DNA of 64,000 nt, taken from the IMG/VR virus record IMGVR_UViG_3300009523_000001, positions 53,666 through 117,665 of that record. One strand, written 5' to 3'. Position numbers and translations under genes: made by a program. The notes beneath the pieces were generated by a model. The model was not told the origin of the DNA. It did no database searches and saw only the letters and a list, made by a program, of their open reading frames with translations. This document shows positions 1 through 10,182 of this stretch, piece by piece (position 1 is the first letter of the stretch; the number at the start of each line of letters is the position of its first letter). This DNA comes from a virus.

Positions 1-1456
1 TCTGGTTGAAGCTATTTCCGGTACCGGTCGAACCACCGCCGAACGACAGGGGACCGTTCGTGAGAAGCGTGGACGCCCACGCGGCGGCGCCGAATGAGTT
101 GTAGAAGTTGCCACCTGAGTTGGCGTTCATGGAGTAAAGGCCCCACTCGGAGTTGCTATTCAGGACAACCGTTCCGTTCTCCTCCACATTGAATTGGCCC
201 GCTCCCATGTATACGCCGGCGTAGGATGCGACACACCCCAACGTACTGGCGGACACGGAAGAACTCGGCAGTAGGATCGTCTGGCCATTGACGGCAGTTG
301 TGCCGGATGTGCAGACAAACTCCGACCGAGAGGCCCCTGCGACGAATCCTGTATTGCCGGAGACCGCGGTGACTATCCCGGTCACGTCTGTACCTTCGGC
401 CTGCGCGATGCCCGTTCCGCCCCGAATGTTCAATGTGCCGCTTACATTGGACAGGACAAGCAGAGATGAGAGCGCATAGTTCGTGAAGCTGTAGTTGCCA
501 CTGATCTGGGCCATCGCGACGGCCGAGACTCCAACGTTGCCATGACCGGACCACTCTCCGACGTTGGCCAAGGACGGGTTCTCCAGTACGATCGTATCGC
601 CTTGCGCCCACGAGCTGTTGGTGCTCACGCCTAGAGACGGCGGAACGAAGTTCAGTGGCTGCTCCACGGTCGCCGATCCAGCGTCGACGGACAGAATGTA
701 CGCGTAGGATTGGCGGCCGGCGGCGGTCGTGTTCTCGAGGAGCTGGCCAGGTGCCGCGCCATCCGGCATACCGGCAACCGTGAGCAGAGTTCCGCCCTCG
801 ACGATGACTGGCTGCGTGACCACCCCTGCCTCGAATGTCGTGACCGTCTGCGGCGTCACGAAGAGAGCGGATCCACCTAGGGTGGAGGCATCTTGGCTCG
901 TTGCGTAATTTGGCGTGAAGAAGATGACGTCGGTGTTCGGGATCTGGGGCGTCAGGAGGTAGAATGCCGTGAACTGCAGCAACGTCGGCGACTGCGTACC
1001 CAGTCTATGGGTAATGATTTCGCCGAACGTCGCGCACGGCAGCGCGATCGTCGTGCATGGGTTGGTGTCCGACCCGGTGGAGGCAACGTACCACGCGGAG
1101 ATTCCCCAGGCGGGCGGGAAGATCGGATTGAAGGCGCCAGCAGATCGCGGGCGCAGCGGCTTGGGCTTCTTGCATCTCCATTTCCCGTCAAATGCAATGC
1201 ACGCGTCGTAGTCGATGACCGTCTGCGGGCGTTGGTCGACGTACGGTGCGGCCTCGGATTCGACCAACGCCCCCTGCGAGAGTCGGTAGATCCTAGCAAA
1301 CACCGCATTCGGCGCGTCGGCCAGGATTCCGGCGTCGGACACCTGTGCTTCCGCCGATTTCTGAGCGTCGGACGACTCAGTGACTGGACTGCACGCGAGG
1401 AGCGCGAGGGACACGAGCGCAACAAAAGTGCGGGACATCAACCGATTTTCTTCCAT
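1..1456 (-). CDS. Lipoprotein with probable right-handed beta-helix domain (3' end runs off window)
   Basis: Open frame read by hand (absent from ORF track): MEENRLMSRTFVALVSLALLAC lipobox, then YVASTGSDTNPCTTIALPCATFGE (beta-helix N-cap motif) and G/S/T/N-rich beta sequence to base 1. Confidence 0.6.
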   Translation of the reverse strand, partial: MEENRLMSRTFVALVSLALLACSPVTESSDAQKSAEAQVSDAGILADAPNAVFARIYRLSQGALVESEAAPYVDQRPQTVIDYDACIAFDGKWRCKKPKPLRPRSAGAFNPIFPPAWGISAWYVASTGSDTNPCTTIALPCATFGEIITHRLGTQSPTLLQFTAFYLLTPQIPNTDVIFFTPNYATSQDASTLGGSALFVTPQTVTTFEAGVVTQPVIVEGGTLLTVAGMPDGAAPGQLLENTTAAGRQSYAYILSVDAGSATVEQPLNFVPPSLGVSTNSSWAQGDTIVLENPSLANVGEWSGHGNVGVSAVAMAQISGNYSFTNYALSSLLVLSNVSGTLNIRGGTGIAQAEGTDVTGIVTAVSGNTGFVAGASRSEFVCTSGTTAVNGQTILLPSSSVSASTLGCVASYAGVYMGAGQFNVEENGTVVLNSNSEWGLYSMNANSGGNFYNSFGAAAWASTLLTNGPLSFGGGSTGTGNSFNQ

Positions 1457-1807
1457 CGCCCGAATGTACTCTCGCGCGTACCGTCTGCGATCGATGACGT
1501 AGCTCATCCGGCTCCGTCTGGTAGTTTCGCAGTGCGCCCTTGACGGGTCAAGTGCGAGTTTTCCCAGCTAGAACACTGTTGCCGCGCAAGGCACGGAGCA
1601 TCCGACAGTCTAGCGGATGCTTCAGTGCGCGTGCTGCGAACAGTCTCCGCACCGTCCGCATACGACGCAGACGAGCACCTGCAGGCCGTTCGCTTGGTTC
1701 TGGCAGTCATCGCCCGAGCACGCCGCGACGATGGGGTCGACGAGCCCCTGGGGTCGTGCACGCAACCAACGGTGAGAACTCCGTAAGGAGCACCAGTACA
1801 AACCATC

Positions 1808-1897
1808 TCACAAAATGACTGCCCATCCGACACCTCCCGCATTCACGGTTCCTGTTGCCACACGTGCGGTCCGTCCTCGGTCCATGATGCGGCTCAT
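1808..1897 (-). pseudogene. Degenerate remnant of the fibre-gene 5' end (MSRIMDRGRTAR..., 29 codons)
   Basis: DNA 1862-1901 aligns with the start of the 14583..15764 gene (cgtgcggtccgtcc..cgg.c.atga.g..gctcatggtg). Confidence 0.45.
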
Positions 1898-1930
1898 GGT
1901 GCGGTACTCAGGCTACCACTAGGATCCGTG

Positions 1931-1976
1931 ACCGGACTAAGTAATACCTGAGACATACTTAGGTATGTCGGTTACG
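1931..1976. promoter_or_regulatory. Conserved ~40-bp motif, copy 1 (GACATAC-TTAG-GTATGTC palindrome)
   Basis: Aligns with copies at 18141 and 30891. Confidence 0.6.
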
Positions 1977-1992
1977 GTCTGGATTGCCAGCG

Positions 1993-4900
1993 TCAAGTCT
2001 GGGTCGAGATGAGGCGATCGACGGCGGCTGAATCGAAGAACGCCAGGTGCGCCGAGGCGTCGTTCACCCCGAAGCTGACCACCAACCGATCGCCGTCGCG
2101 AGCCAACCCGGCGGCGAATTCGATGCCCTTGCGCTCGAAGTAAAACGGCTCGGAGATGCTCCGGATCTCGAGCTTCTCGGTCAGCCGGACGAACCGGTGA
2201 AGGTAGATCCGTCCAGGGGTGTGGACGACCTCGTGCACGAGGCAGAGGAAACTGTCTCCGTGCGGGATGACCTGCGATCCGCCGCGCAGCTCAGTCAGAT
2301 TTTCGTCAAGATCGGTGATGCGGAACCGCTCGGTGGTTTTCTCCGGCGCGCAGTCGATCACGATCGTTGGGTCGCACAGGTAGAGGAAACTGCCGGGTTG
2401 CCCGAGGATCGGCATCCAGTTCTTCTGCGCGCGGTCGTGCTCGTAGTCGCGAATGACGCGGACGTCCGTGATCTTCCACTCGTGGTCGATCGTGAGAATG
2501 CACTGTTCGCATCGTCCATCGCCTAGATCGCGGACGACGGCCGACGCGCGAAACTTGTCGCCGTCGAGCCAGAGCCGGCAGTCCTCGAACCCTTCGACCG
2601 GGTAGCTCGTACGCGGGAGGCCTGTCGCGTCGGTCAGGAGTGTGGGCGATCCGGTCGGCTTCCACGTCTTGTTCATCTCGAGGATCCAGTTTTTGGTGCG
2701 GATGATGCCGCTGCCGTCGATCGTGGGGTACTGCCCCTCGGCGACCGTGTAGTTCACGGTGCGGACCAGCACGAGCCGCCGGTCGCCCACGACGAGCACC
2801 GACGGGTTCATCGGCGCGTACCCATCGTCCGATTTCCAGTCGATCGCGCGCAGCTCGGCGCCGCAGAGCTCGCGCGCGGTCTTGACGTAGTGAACGAAAT
2901 TCCCTCGGGCCTCGCCGCGCACGTTGGCGTCCCGGTCGATGGTCAGTCGGGCGCACGCGTCGTAGCCGGCCTGCCGGCGCGCGGGGAGCTTGCTGTAGAA
3001 CCCGCTGATGGCGACATCGGGCGCGTTTTTGCGTTCGTAGACATCCTTCTCGACGAAGAGGATTTCGTCCGGGCAGGGCATCCGTGCGACCTGTTCGGCG
3101 AGGAGGATCGCCGCATCGCTCTTGCCGTGCTCGCGCCACCACCGCGCGAGCAGCGCCAGCGGTTCCGCGCGGGTGGGTCGGAAGTTGTAGGCGTCGAAGC
3201 AGGCGAGGACGAGCGCCGGCTCGTCGTTCAACGCGGCATGGCTGCGCGCGATGCCGTAGTGCGATGCCCAGACTTCTTCGTCCCACCCGCCGGCGGCAAT
3301 CCGGCGCGTGTACCACTGGATGGCCTCCTGCTGCCGTCCCATCTCGCGGTAGGTGTTCGCGAGGTAGAACATATAACGGGCGTTGTCCGGCTCCCGGGTG
3401 AGGCCGTCCATGAGCAGGCGGATGTCCCGATCGCCCTTGTCGCCCTTCGACCCGCCGTCGTTGCGGTCGTCGATGGAGCACGAGTCGAGGTTCGGCGGGG
3501 TGTCGCCGGGAACAGAGAGAAACTCGTGAGTGACGCCGACGTACTGCGCGACCACGTCGCGCCGAACGAGCCGCGTATTCCAGTAGTGAAGGGCTCCGGT
3601 CAACTGCTGGAGCCGGTACGCGGGCGCGGTGAGCGCCCGCTTGTCCAGCGACCCCCGGAGCACCATGTCGGCGTCGATAAGCAGGGCGTAGTCCCATCCG
3701 TCGTACGCTCGTGCTGCCTCGAGCGACTCGTTTCTGGCCTGGGCGAAGTTCTTGAACGTGGTGCGGACCAATTTGCCGGGGACTTGGTGCTCTTTGAAAA
3801 ACCGCTGGATCGTCTCGAATGTCCCGTCGGTCGATCCGGTGTCGGTGATGACCCACTTGTCGATGAAGGGCAGCGCGGCCGAGAGGCACCGCTCGATGAT
3901 GGCGCTCTCGTTCTTGACGATCATCACGAGGCAGATCCGGGTGACCGTCGATTTCTCCTCCTTGTGCTTGCCGCGGGCGGCGGTGGCACGGCGTTCAAGC
4001 CGATTCATGGGGGTGTCTCCGTCACGTGGAATATCGATGATGCTGTCGTCGTGGTCGGCCTGGTACCAGTCGAACCGCTGGCCCTCTCGTTCCATCTCAG
4101 CCCAGGTGTTGACCTCCCAGGTGATCTGCTGCATCCGCCGGAAAACGGCGTGGTAGCGCTCGACGAGCTCGGGGATCGATTCGCGGTCGACGAGCAGAAA
4201 GCCACCGCAGAATCGCCAGTTCACGTCGTCGTCGGTCGCGCGCGCTGCGGCGGTCTCCTTATTCCAGCAGCCCGGTGCAAGTACGCATACAGACGGGGGA
4301 TGGAGCGCACGCAGTCGGTCGAGGAAGCTCGCCGGATTCTTGACGACCTTCATCACCGCGAAGTCGATCCAGGCGAAATGCGAAGAGGAGTCGTCGAGCT
4401 CGCGGGCGAGCGCAAGGAGATCGAGCTTGGCGTTGATGAGCAAGAGGGAACCGCGCGCGTCCTTTTCTGACGAGCGGGTGCCCGGAAGCGTTCGGGTGCC
4501 GTCGTCGTGCTGGAACGGCCACAACGATTCGAGGTCGGTCAGTTCCACTTGAACGTTCGGGTGCTTGGGCGCTCGCTCGGCGAGCTGCCGGTCGAGAAAG
4601 AGGAGGATCGGCAGGCCGCTCGCGGCGAGCTCGGAGAACCATCGAAAATACGCGTCTTCGTCCACGGTTCGATCCCGCAGCCGGAAGAACGCTGAGACAA
4701 AACGGGTGCTGGAGATCGGACGTTTCAGCAGGGTGAGCACATCATCCATCCGGGTCGGTCTTTCGGGACGTTTCTTCTGAGACGATCCGCGCTCTCTGGC
4801 GAGTGCGTGGAGCCGCTCGTTCCACTCAACGCCCTCGCGGGTCACCATCTCCGCGAGCTCCGGCAGCCGACTCGAGCTGACCTTTTCCGCGTGCCATGCG

Positions 4901-6693
4901 ACGACGTCGCGCAACGTGACCGATTGGAAGCCCGCTTCGGCGAGCACGGTTTGGATCCACGTGTCGCCGTACCAGAGGCGCAGCTCCGGCGGGATCGGGA
5001 ACGCGATCGTGACCGCTTCCCGTGTCAGGGCGAAAAACGCTCCGGCCGTGTGCTTTGGGTCGTTGGTCGATTCTCCGGACGGCCGCACGGCGCCGGCGGC
5101 TTCGGCTTCGGTGCCGACCCGTCGACCCACCCAGACCTCTCGCCGGCCGCGCGCGCGGTCGAACCGCTGGAGCAGCGATGAAGACCATCCTGGACTGACG
5201 ACGAGGTCGGCGTTCGCAATGACGAGGATCTCGGCGTTCGACTCGAGAAACCGTGCGGCAAGCTGATTCCAGGCGGGGTTGACGTAGACGTTCTCCGGAT
5301 TGCGCAGGACCGTAATGGTGGCCCCCATTTCGTCGAGCGCCGATTTGACAGCCGGCGCGCCGCCGTTGTCGATCGCCACGACGTCGACCCCCGGCTCGCA
5401 GAACGACCGGAGCGCGCGCACGAGGAGATCGTGATCCTCCGCGAAGCACGGTACGCCGAGTACGATGCGGGTGCGCTGGGTGCGCGTCAGCACCGTGAGG
5501 CCGTTGTTGTTGTGCAGGCGGACCTCGATCCCCCATTCCGGATGCGCCGCAATGAATTCTTCGACCGCGGGCCAGAGGCCGGGACCGACGTCGCCCTCGT
5601 CGCGGGTGCCGTAGGTCTCCGTGTCGTGCAGCACGATGTGCTTGCGTACTTTCGGTCCGTGCAGGGCGAGCTCCTGCCGGAGCTGCGCGTAGGTGTGGAT
5701 CGTGTCGATGAACAGAAGATCGGTCTCGTCGATGCCGACCGACAGCGAGCTCACTCGCTGGAAATCAAAATCGATCCCCGCTTCTGTGGCCACCTTCTTC
5801 TGAAGATTCACCTTGTCCCGGATGTCGTAACAGCGCATCCGCTTCGGCCGGCCGTGGAGCAGACCCCATGTCGACAGACCGACCCCCAACTCCGTCACGC
5901 GTTCGCAGTCTTTGGCGTACATCGAGAGCATCGGGATGTGCTCGTGGATGTCCGACGGGGTGTCCCGGGCAGCGACGTACTGGCGTTCGATCTCTCCAAG
6001 ACTTCTGCAGGCTTTGCTGAGCCGAGACCACGCAACCCGGTCGTGCGCCGTCATGGAATGAAACTCGGGCACGTGGCCGCCGCTGACGAATCCCTCGTGC
6101 CACACGGCCATGCCGTAAAGCGTTCGCTGCCGAAAGCCAGCCTCCGAGAGCAGCGAATGGATCCAGTCATCGCCGCAGTGGATGAGCAGCTCCGGCGGGA
6201 TCGGGAACGCGATGGACACCGCCTCCCGCGTCATTGCAAAGAAGGCGCCGCTGACCGATCGGCCCGACGAACCATCGACCGTATCGATGGATGCGGTCTG
6301 CGCGCGCGAGGCTTCGTTCACGCTCGAGAGGGCTCGTCCGAACCAGAACTCTCGGTCGCCCTTGGACCGCGAGTGGTCGCGGCGCAGCAGCAGGGAGGCG
6401 GACCAGTGAGGGGCTGCGATGAGGTCCGCGTTCGCGAGGACGAGGATCTCCGAGTCGGATGCGAGGAAATGCGCGGCAAGCTGGTTCCACGCCGGGTTCA
6501 CGTAGATGTTCGTTGGGTTGCGGAGGATTTCGATGGACGGTTCCATTTCGGCCAGCACGGCCTTCACGTCGGTCGCCGCACCGTTGTCCACGGCCACGAC
6601 GGCGACCTCGTCCTCCAGGAAGGATCGAAGGGCGCGCGTCAGCAGCTCGCGAGGCTCCGCGAAGCAGGGGACACCCAGCAAGATGCGCGGCAT
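1993..6693 (-). CDS. Giant multidomain glycosyltransferase (GT2-like, class I methyltransferase, GT2-like, HtrL/WlaTC-like, GT2, TPR, beta-propeller-like)
   Basis: Duplicated RI[LV]LGVPCFAE...N[IV]YVNPAWN...ANADL module; DLLFIDTIHTY methyltransferase; FAWIDF...WRFCGGF HtrL-like; ICLVMIVKNESAIIERCL...DAD GT2; RYMFYLANTY TPR; KNWMP/GIEFAAG propeller; ATG 6693 overlaps upstream TGA. Confidence 0.85.
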   Translation of the reverse strand: MPRILLGVPCFAEPRELLTRALRSFLEDEVAVVAVDNGAATDVKAVLAEMEPSIEILRNPTNIYVNPAWNQLAAHFLASDSEILVLANADLIAAPHWSASLLLRRDHSRSKGDREFWFGRALSSVNEASRAQTASIDTVDGSSGRSVSGAFFAMTREAVSIAFPIPPELLIHCGDDWIHSLLSEAGFRQRTLYGMAVWHEGFVSGGHVPEFHSMTAHDRVAWSRLSKACRSLGEIERQYVAARDTPSDIHEHIPMLSMYAKDCERVTELGVGLSTWGLLHGRPKRMRCYDIRDKVNLQKKVATEAGIDFDFQRVSSLSVGIDETDLLFIDTIHTYAQLRQELALHGPKVRKHIVLHDTETYGTRDEGDVGPGLWPAVEEFIAAHPEWGIEVRLHNNNGLTVLTRTQRTRIVLGVPCFAEDHDLLVRALRSFCEPGVDVVAIDNGGAPAVKSALDEMGATITVLRNPENVYVNPAWNQLAARFLESNAEILVIANADLVVSPGWSSSLLQRFDRARGRREVWVGRRVGTEAEAAGAVRPSGESTNDPKHTAGAFFALTREAVTIAFPIPPELRLWYGDTWIQTVLAEAGFQSVTLRDVVAWHAEKVSSSRLPELAEMVTREGVEWNERLHALARERGSSQKKRPERPTRMDDVLTLLKRPISSTRFVSAFFRLRDRTVDEDAYFRWFSELAASGLPILLFLDRQLAERAPKHPNVQVELTDLESLWPFQHDDGTRTLPGTRSSEKDARGSLLLINAKLDLLALARELDDSSSHFAWIDFAVMKVVKNPASFLDRLRALHPPSVCVLAPGCWNKETAAARATDDDVNWRFCGGFLLVDRESIPELVERYHAVFRRMQQITWEVNTWAEMEREGQRFDWYQADHDDSIIDIPRDGDTPMNRLERRATAARGKHKEEKSTVTRICLVMIVKNESAIIERCLSAALPFIDKWVITDTGSTDGTFETIQRFFKEHQVPGKLVRTTFKNFAQARNESLEAARAYDGWDYALLIDADMVLRGSLDKRALTAPAYRLQQLTGALHYWNTRLVRRDVVAQYVGVTHEFLSVPGDTPPNLDSCSIDDRNDGGSKGDKGDRDIRLLMDGLTREPDNARYMFYLANTYREMGRQQEAIQWYTRRIAAGGWDEEVWASHYGIARSHAALNDEPALVLACFDAYNFRPTRAEPLALLARWWREHGKSDAAILLAEQVARMPCPDEILFVEKDVYERKNAPDVAISGFYSKLPARRQAGYDACARLTIDRDANVRGEARGNFVHYVKTARELCGAELRAIDWKSDDGYAPMNPSVLVVGDRRLVLVRTVNYTVAEGQYPTIDGSGIIRTKNWILEMNKTWKPTGSPTLLTDATGLPRTSYPVEGFEDCRLWLDGDKFRASAVVRDLGDGRCEQCILTIDHEWKITDVRVIRDYEHDRAQKNWMPILGQPGSFLYLCDPTIVIDCAPEKTTERFRITDLDENLTELRGGSQVIPHGDSFLCLVHEVVHTPGRIYLHRFVRLTEKLEIRSISEPFYFERKGIEFAAGLARDGDRLVVSFGVNDASAHLAFFDSAAVDRLISTQT

Positions 6694-7946
6694 CACGAAG
6701 CTCGGAAAATGAGGACGTTGTCCCCGTACCACGGCATTCGAGTGAGTTTCGTCCACTCGGCTTTCACGGCGGCAGTCCTCGTTTCGTCAACCGAGAAGCC
6801 CTCCGCGCCGAACTTCGTGATCCAGTACGTCGGCGGTTGGCAATTGATATGATCGTGGCCCCCTTGGCCGATCGGTGCGGCTGTCAGCAGGATCGAACCA
6901 CCCGGCGCGCATGCCCTGCAGAGCTTGCACACGAGCGTGTCTGCGTCCTCTACCGGCAGGTGCTCGGCCACCTCCATGCACGTCACGAGGTCGTAGGGAG
7001 GCGACGCCCCAAAGGCCGCATCGCCCGCCGTGATGTCCTCCTGCCATAGGTAAAGTCGGACGGCGGCGTCTGCCCGGTCGAAGGCGGCCGTGGAGCCTTC
7101 TAGCCCCCACGCATCCACGCCCAGTTCGCGCAATCGGCCCACGAATTGCCCCGGACCGGCCCCCACGTCGAGGACCCTCTGGGGCGAGAGCAGACGAAAG
7201 ACCATCTCTGCGGCGGTTCGGATGTCCGCTTTCTGGAGACCCTGGTATGCGTCGAAGAAGTGGGCGTCGTAGATGCCGTCCAGGTTGCGGCGCGAACGGT
7301 GGTAACTCGCCAGGCGCGGGTACCTGCGCTTGCTCCGGAAGAACCGATCCGCCGCCAAGGTGGGCGCTCCTCCGGAAGGGTCGGTTCCGGATTCCCCGTA
7401 CATGACCAAGACGTCCTCGACCCACCGCGTGCGGTCCCATCCCGCCATCTCGACCATCGGGAACATCGTGGCGTGATCGACCGCGCGTCCTGTCCATGTG
7501 CCGTCCGGGAGCTTCAGGTCGGAGGGGTCGATGCGCTGGAAGAGGCCTGCCCGGAACGTCTTCAGGTGCGAGCACCGCCACGGGGCCGTACGCACGTCTT
7601 CGTCCGGTGCGTAGGGGGCGTTCGTCGCGTGGGTGCGACCGTCCTCGGTCGCGAAGGACCCGTAGGTGAGCCACACGGCCGGGTCCTCATAGAGGCGGGC
7701 GATTCGCGCCGCAACGGTCGTGTGCGCAAACCAGTCGTCCCCGTCAAGCTGCAAGACAACGGCATCCGGATCGAGGTCAGAAACCGAGTCGACGAGGTTC
7801 TCCGAGTGCGTCTTCGGAGTCGGCTGCGACGCGGCTTCGATGAAGATGTGCCGCACCGGGACCGTCTGGGCTGCGACCGAGTGGCGGCATCGGTCGGTGG
7901 GCGACGCGCGAAAGCAAGTCGAGACGACAACAAGTTGCGCGCTCAT
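6693..7946 (-). CDS. GT2-like glycosyltransferase fused to SAM-dependent methyltransferase
   Basis: LDGDDW...WLTYGSF GT-A motif; VLDVGAGPG, CMEVAEHL, GQGGHDHINCQ methyltransferase motifs; ATGA-coupled. Confidence 0.85.
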   Translation of the reverse strand: MSAQLVVVSTCFRASPTDRCRHSVAAQTVPVRHIFIEAASQPTPKTHSENLVDSVSDLDPDAVVLQLDGDDWFAHTTVAARIARLYEDPAVWLTYGSFATEDGRTHATNAPYAPDEDVRTAPWRCSHLKTFRAGLFQRIDPSDLKLPDGTWTGRAVDHATMFPMVEMAGWDRTRWVEDVLVMYGESGTDPSGGAPTLAADRFFRSKRRYPRLASYHRSRRNLDGIYDAHFFDAYQGLQKADIRTAAEMVFRLLSPQRVLDVGAGPGQFVGRLRELGVDAWGLEGSTAAFDRADAAVRLYLWQEDITAGDAAFGASPPYDLVTCMEVAEHLPVEDADTLVCKLCRACAPGGSILLTAAPIGQGGHDHINCQPPTYWITKFGAEGFSVDETRTAAVKAEWTKLTRMPWYGDNVLIFRAS

Positions 7947-8494
7947 GGCACCTCGACGTACCACACCGGGTAATAGAGCCCGTTTGTGAATTGGCTTCCG
8001 CGCCAGATGTTGAAATGATCAAACGCTTCGATAACGGCTCGAACCAGGCCGGGATACTCCCAGGTGAAATCGTGCCCCGCGAGGACCCCGCCCGATTTGA
8101 TCTTCGGACCCCAGGCAACGATGTCATTCTGGACATCCGAATGTTCATGGCCGGCGTCGAGGAACACGAAGTCGAGAGACTTATCGGCGTAGAAGCTGGC
8201 CGCTTCCCAGGATGCGCCGAGATGCACCTGATCGATTGCATGCGCGATCGGATCGAGCGCGCGGCGGATTCCGTCCGTGCCCAGGTCGTTGAACCCCTGA
8301 TCCACGAGATCGAGCGTGGCGCCCTTGTCGGCGCGAGAGAGCTCCACACCGAGAAACGCCGCGCTCCGACCGGCAAAGACCCCCACCTCGACGCAGCGTG
8401 CCTTCTCTGGCACTCGCTTGGCAATCCAGGCGTAGAAGTCTTCGAACGTAAAGTACCCAGGCAGGGTTTTGTAGAAGTGCTCGATCGTTTTCAT
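7943..8494 (-). CDS. Class I SAM-dependent methyltransferase (Methyltransf_24-like)
   Basis: VEVGVFAGRS, SLDFVFLDAGH, GGVLAGHDF; start MKTIEHF coupled to upstream stop. Confidence 0.85.
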   Translation of the reverse strand: MKTIEHFYKTLPGYFTFEDFYAWIAKRVPEKARCVEVGVFAGRSAAFLGVELSRADKGATLDLVDQGFNDLGTDGIRRALDPIAHAIDQVHLGASWEAASFYADKSLDFVFLDAGHEHSDVQNDIVAWGPKIKSGGVLAGHDFTWEYPGLVRAVIEAFDHFNIWRGSQFTNGLYYPVWYVEVP

Positions 8495-9060
8495 AACCGA
8501 ACGCACCAGCAGGGGAAGAAGTGCCCCTGCATCTGCGCATCTCCACCGTCGGTGATCCCGGGCCAGACCTCGAAGCGGGCGAACCGCTCGTTGACGGCAC
8601 GGACGACGCCGAACTCTGGATTCTGCCAGTGGATGTAGTCGTGTCCGGCGAGCAGGCCACCCTTTTTGACCTTGGGTCGCCATGCGTCAATGTCTCTGGA
8701 GATGCTATCGCGGTCGTGGTTCGCGTCGAGGAAGACGAAGTCGAGCGACTCATCGGGATAACGGGCTGCGACATTCCACGAGCAACCCTTTTGGATTCTC
8801 CACGCCACGGGAATCTTGGCGAGCCGGCCCATCACGGTTTCTGGAGGGCTGTCGTGAAACTGGTCGACGAGATCCACCTGAGCCGAGACGCCTCGGTTGA
8901 CCAGCTCCACCCCCAAGAAGGCGGCGGATTGCCCGTGGTAGATGCCGACCTCCACGAGGTGCGGCGACGGCTTGCCGATCATCTCTCCGGCCACCCACGC
9001 GTAGAAGTCCGGGAACGTGAAGAAGCCCGGGATCTCTTTGAAATAGTGCTCCATGCCCAT
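8491..9060 (-). CDS. Class I SAM-dependent methyltransferase (tandem paralog)
   Basis: VEVGIYHGQS, SLDFVFLDANH, GGLLAGHDY. Confidence 0.85.
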   Translation of the reverse strand: MGMEHYFKEIPGFFTFPDFYAWVAGEMIGKPSPHLVEVGIYHGQSAAFLGVELVNRGVSAQVDLVDQFHDSPPETVMGRLAKIPVAWRIQKGCSWNVAARYPDESLDFVFLDANHDRDSISRDIDAWRPKVKKGGLLAGHDYIHWQNPEFGVVRAVNERFARFEVWPGITDGGDAQMQGHFFPCWCVRL

Positions 9061-10022
9061 CAGCCTCCGAACACTTCGCGGGCGATCTCGGTTACGGCGA
9101 GCTGCACCGCTTCATCGGACGAGCGAGTCACGCGAAACCCGAGCGCCGCCAACTTGTCCGGCTTCAGGCACGAGTGGGGGACGTCCCCTCGCCACCCTTG
9201 CACGTCCGTGCCGAACGCGATGCGCGCGGACGGGTTCGGCGAGGCCGCAACGCACAGCTCGGCAATCCGCGCCACGCTCGTCGAGTTGGGCGGCGCAATG
9301 TTGTAGATTGCCGGCCGTAGCGCTCCACCCTGTGTGTGATCGAGCACGAAGAGCAAGCCCGCCACGCAGTCGCGGACGTGCAGGTACGGCTTGGACTGGT
9401 GGCCGTCGCCGAGCACGTCGAGATGGTCTGGATGATCCTTGAGCTTCTTGCAGAAATCGAGAAGGACGCCGTGCGTGCCACGCGAGCCCACGACGTTGCC
9501 AAACCGACAGATAACCCCTTCGAGGGCGAAGCACTCCACGAAGGCGGCGAGCATCGCCTCGCTCGCGAGCTTGCTGGCGCCGTAGAGCGAGATGGGCAGG
9601 TGCCCGAGATCCCGTTCTCCGCACGGAACAGAGACGTTGCCGTACACGGTTCCGCTCGACGCGAGCACGAATCGCTTCACGCAGCCGAGGCGGGCGGCCT
9701 CGAGCGCGTTGTACGTGGCGATCGTCCCCTGTTCGAGGTCGAGCCGGGTGTTCGTGAGGCCGTGGCGCGCTTCGGGGTTGGCGGCGAGATGGAAGACGAC
9801 GTCGTGACCCTGCATGGCCACAGCGAGCGCAGGCAAGTCGAGTGCATCCCCGCACACAAGGGTCGCCCGGCCGGAAGCGATCGGTTCGGCGAGAAACGCC
9901 GACTTGCCGACGCTCAGGTTGTCGAACACGGTGACGGGACCGCGCTCGACGAGCTGGTCCACCAGGTGGCTTCCGATGAAGCCGGCGCCGCCGATGACGA
10001 ACGAATGCACTCTTTTACCCAT
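9060..10022 (-). CDS. NAD-dependent NDP-sugar epimerase/dehydratase (extended SDR)
   Basis: GGAGFIGSH, HLAAN, YGASK, RFGNVVG motifs. Confidence 0.92.
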   Translation of the reverse strand: MGKRVHSFVIGGAGFIGSHLVDQLVERGPVTVFDNLSVGKSAFLAEPIASGRATLVCGDALDLPALAVAMQGHDVVFHLAANPEARHGLTNTRLDLEQGTIATYNALEAARLGCVKRFVLASSGTVYGNVSVPCGERDLGHLPISLYGASKLASEAMLAAFVECFALEGVICRFGNVVGSRGTHGVLLDFCKKLKDHPDHLDVLGDGHQSKPYLHVRDCVAGLLFVLDHTQGGALRPAIYNIAPPNSTSVARIAELCVAASPNPSARIAFGTDVQGWRGDVPHSCLKPDKLAALGFRVTRSSDEAVQLAVTEIAREVFGG

Positions 10023-10084
10023 CGCCGGCCGCGTACGGCGGCTGCATGGCCATCCTCTCGAGGTCCGAACGGCGCATTCCGGCT

Positions 10085-10114
10085 ACCGTAAACCGGACTG
10101 TCACCCACCGTCAA
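10085..10114 (-). promoter_or_regulatory. Putative sigma70-type promoter of the glycosylation operon (TTGACG-N18-TACGGT)
   Basis: Same architecture as TTGACG-N18-TACCGT at 18182-18211; preceded by a GTATCTCC half-site resembling the repeated motif. Confidence 0.4.
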
Positions 10115-10125
10115 TCGGGAGATAC

Positions 10126-10152
10126 TTAGCTGCGACCGACGATGAAACTCAC
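10126..10152 (-). pseudogene. Truncated fourth fibre-gene start (VSFIVGRS*)
   Basis: GTG AGT TTC ATC GTC GGT CGC AGC TAA, directly after the 10183 gene and matching MSF[VI]IGR. Confidence 0.45.
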
Positions 10153-10182
10153 CCGATTCCCCAGAGGTGGATAATCACCCGA

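Noticed and set aside
2047-10091. Many overlapping Arg/Pro-rich alternative-frame ORFs over the glycosylation operon (and similar ones throughout the window)
   Set aside because: High-GC off-frame artefacts overlapping genes with clear motifs.
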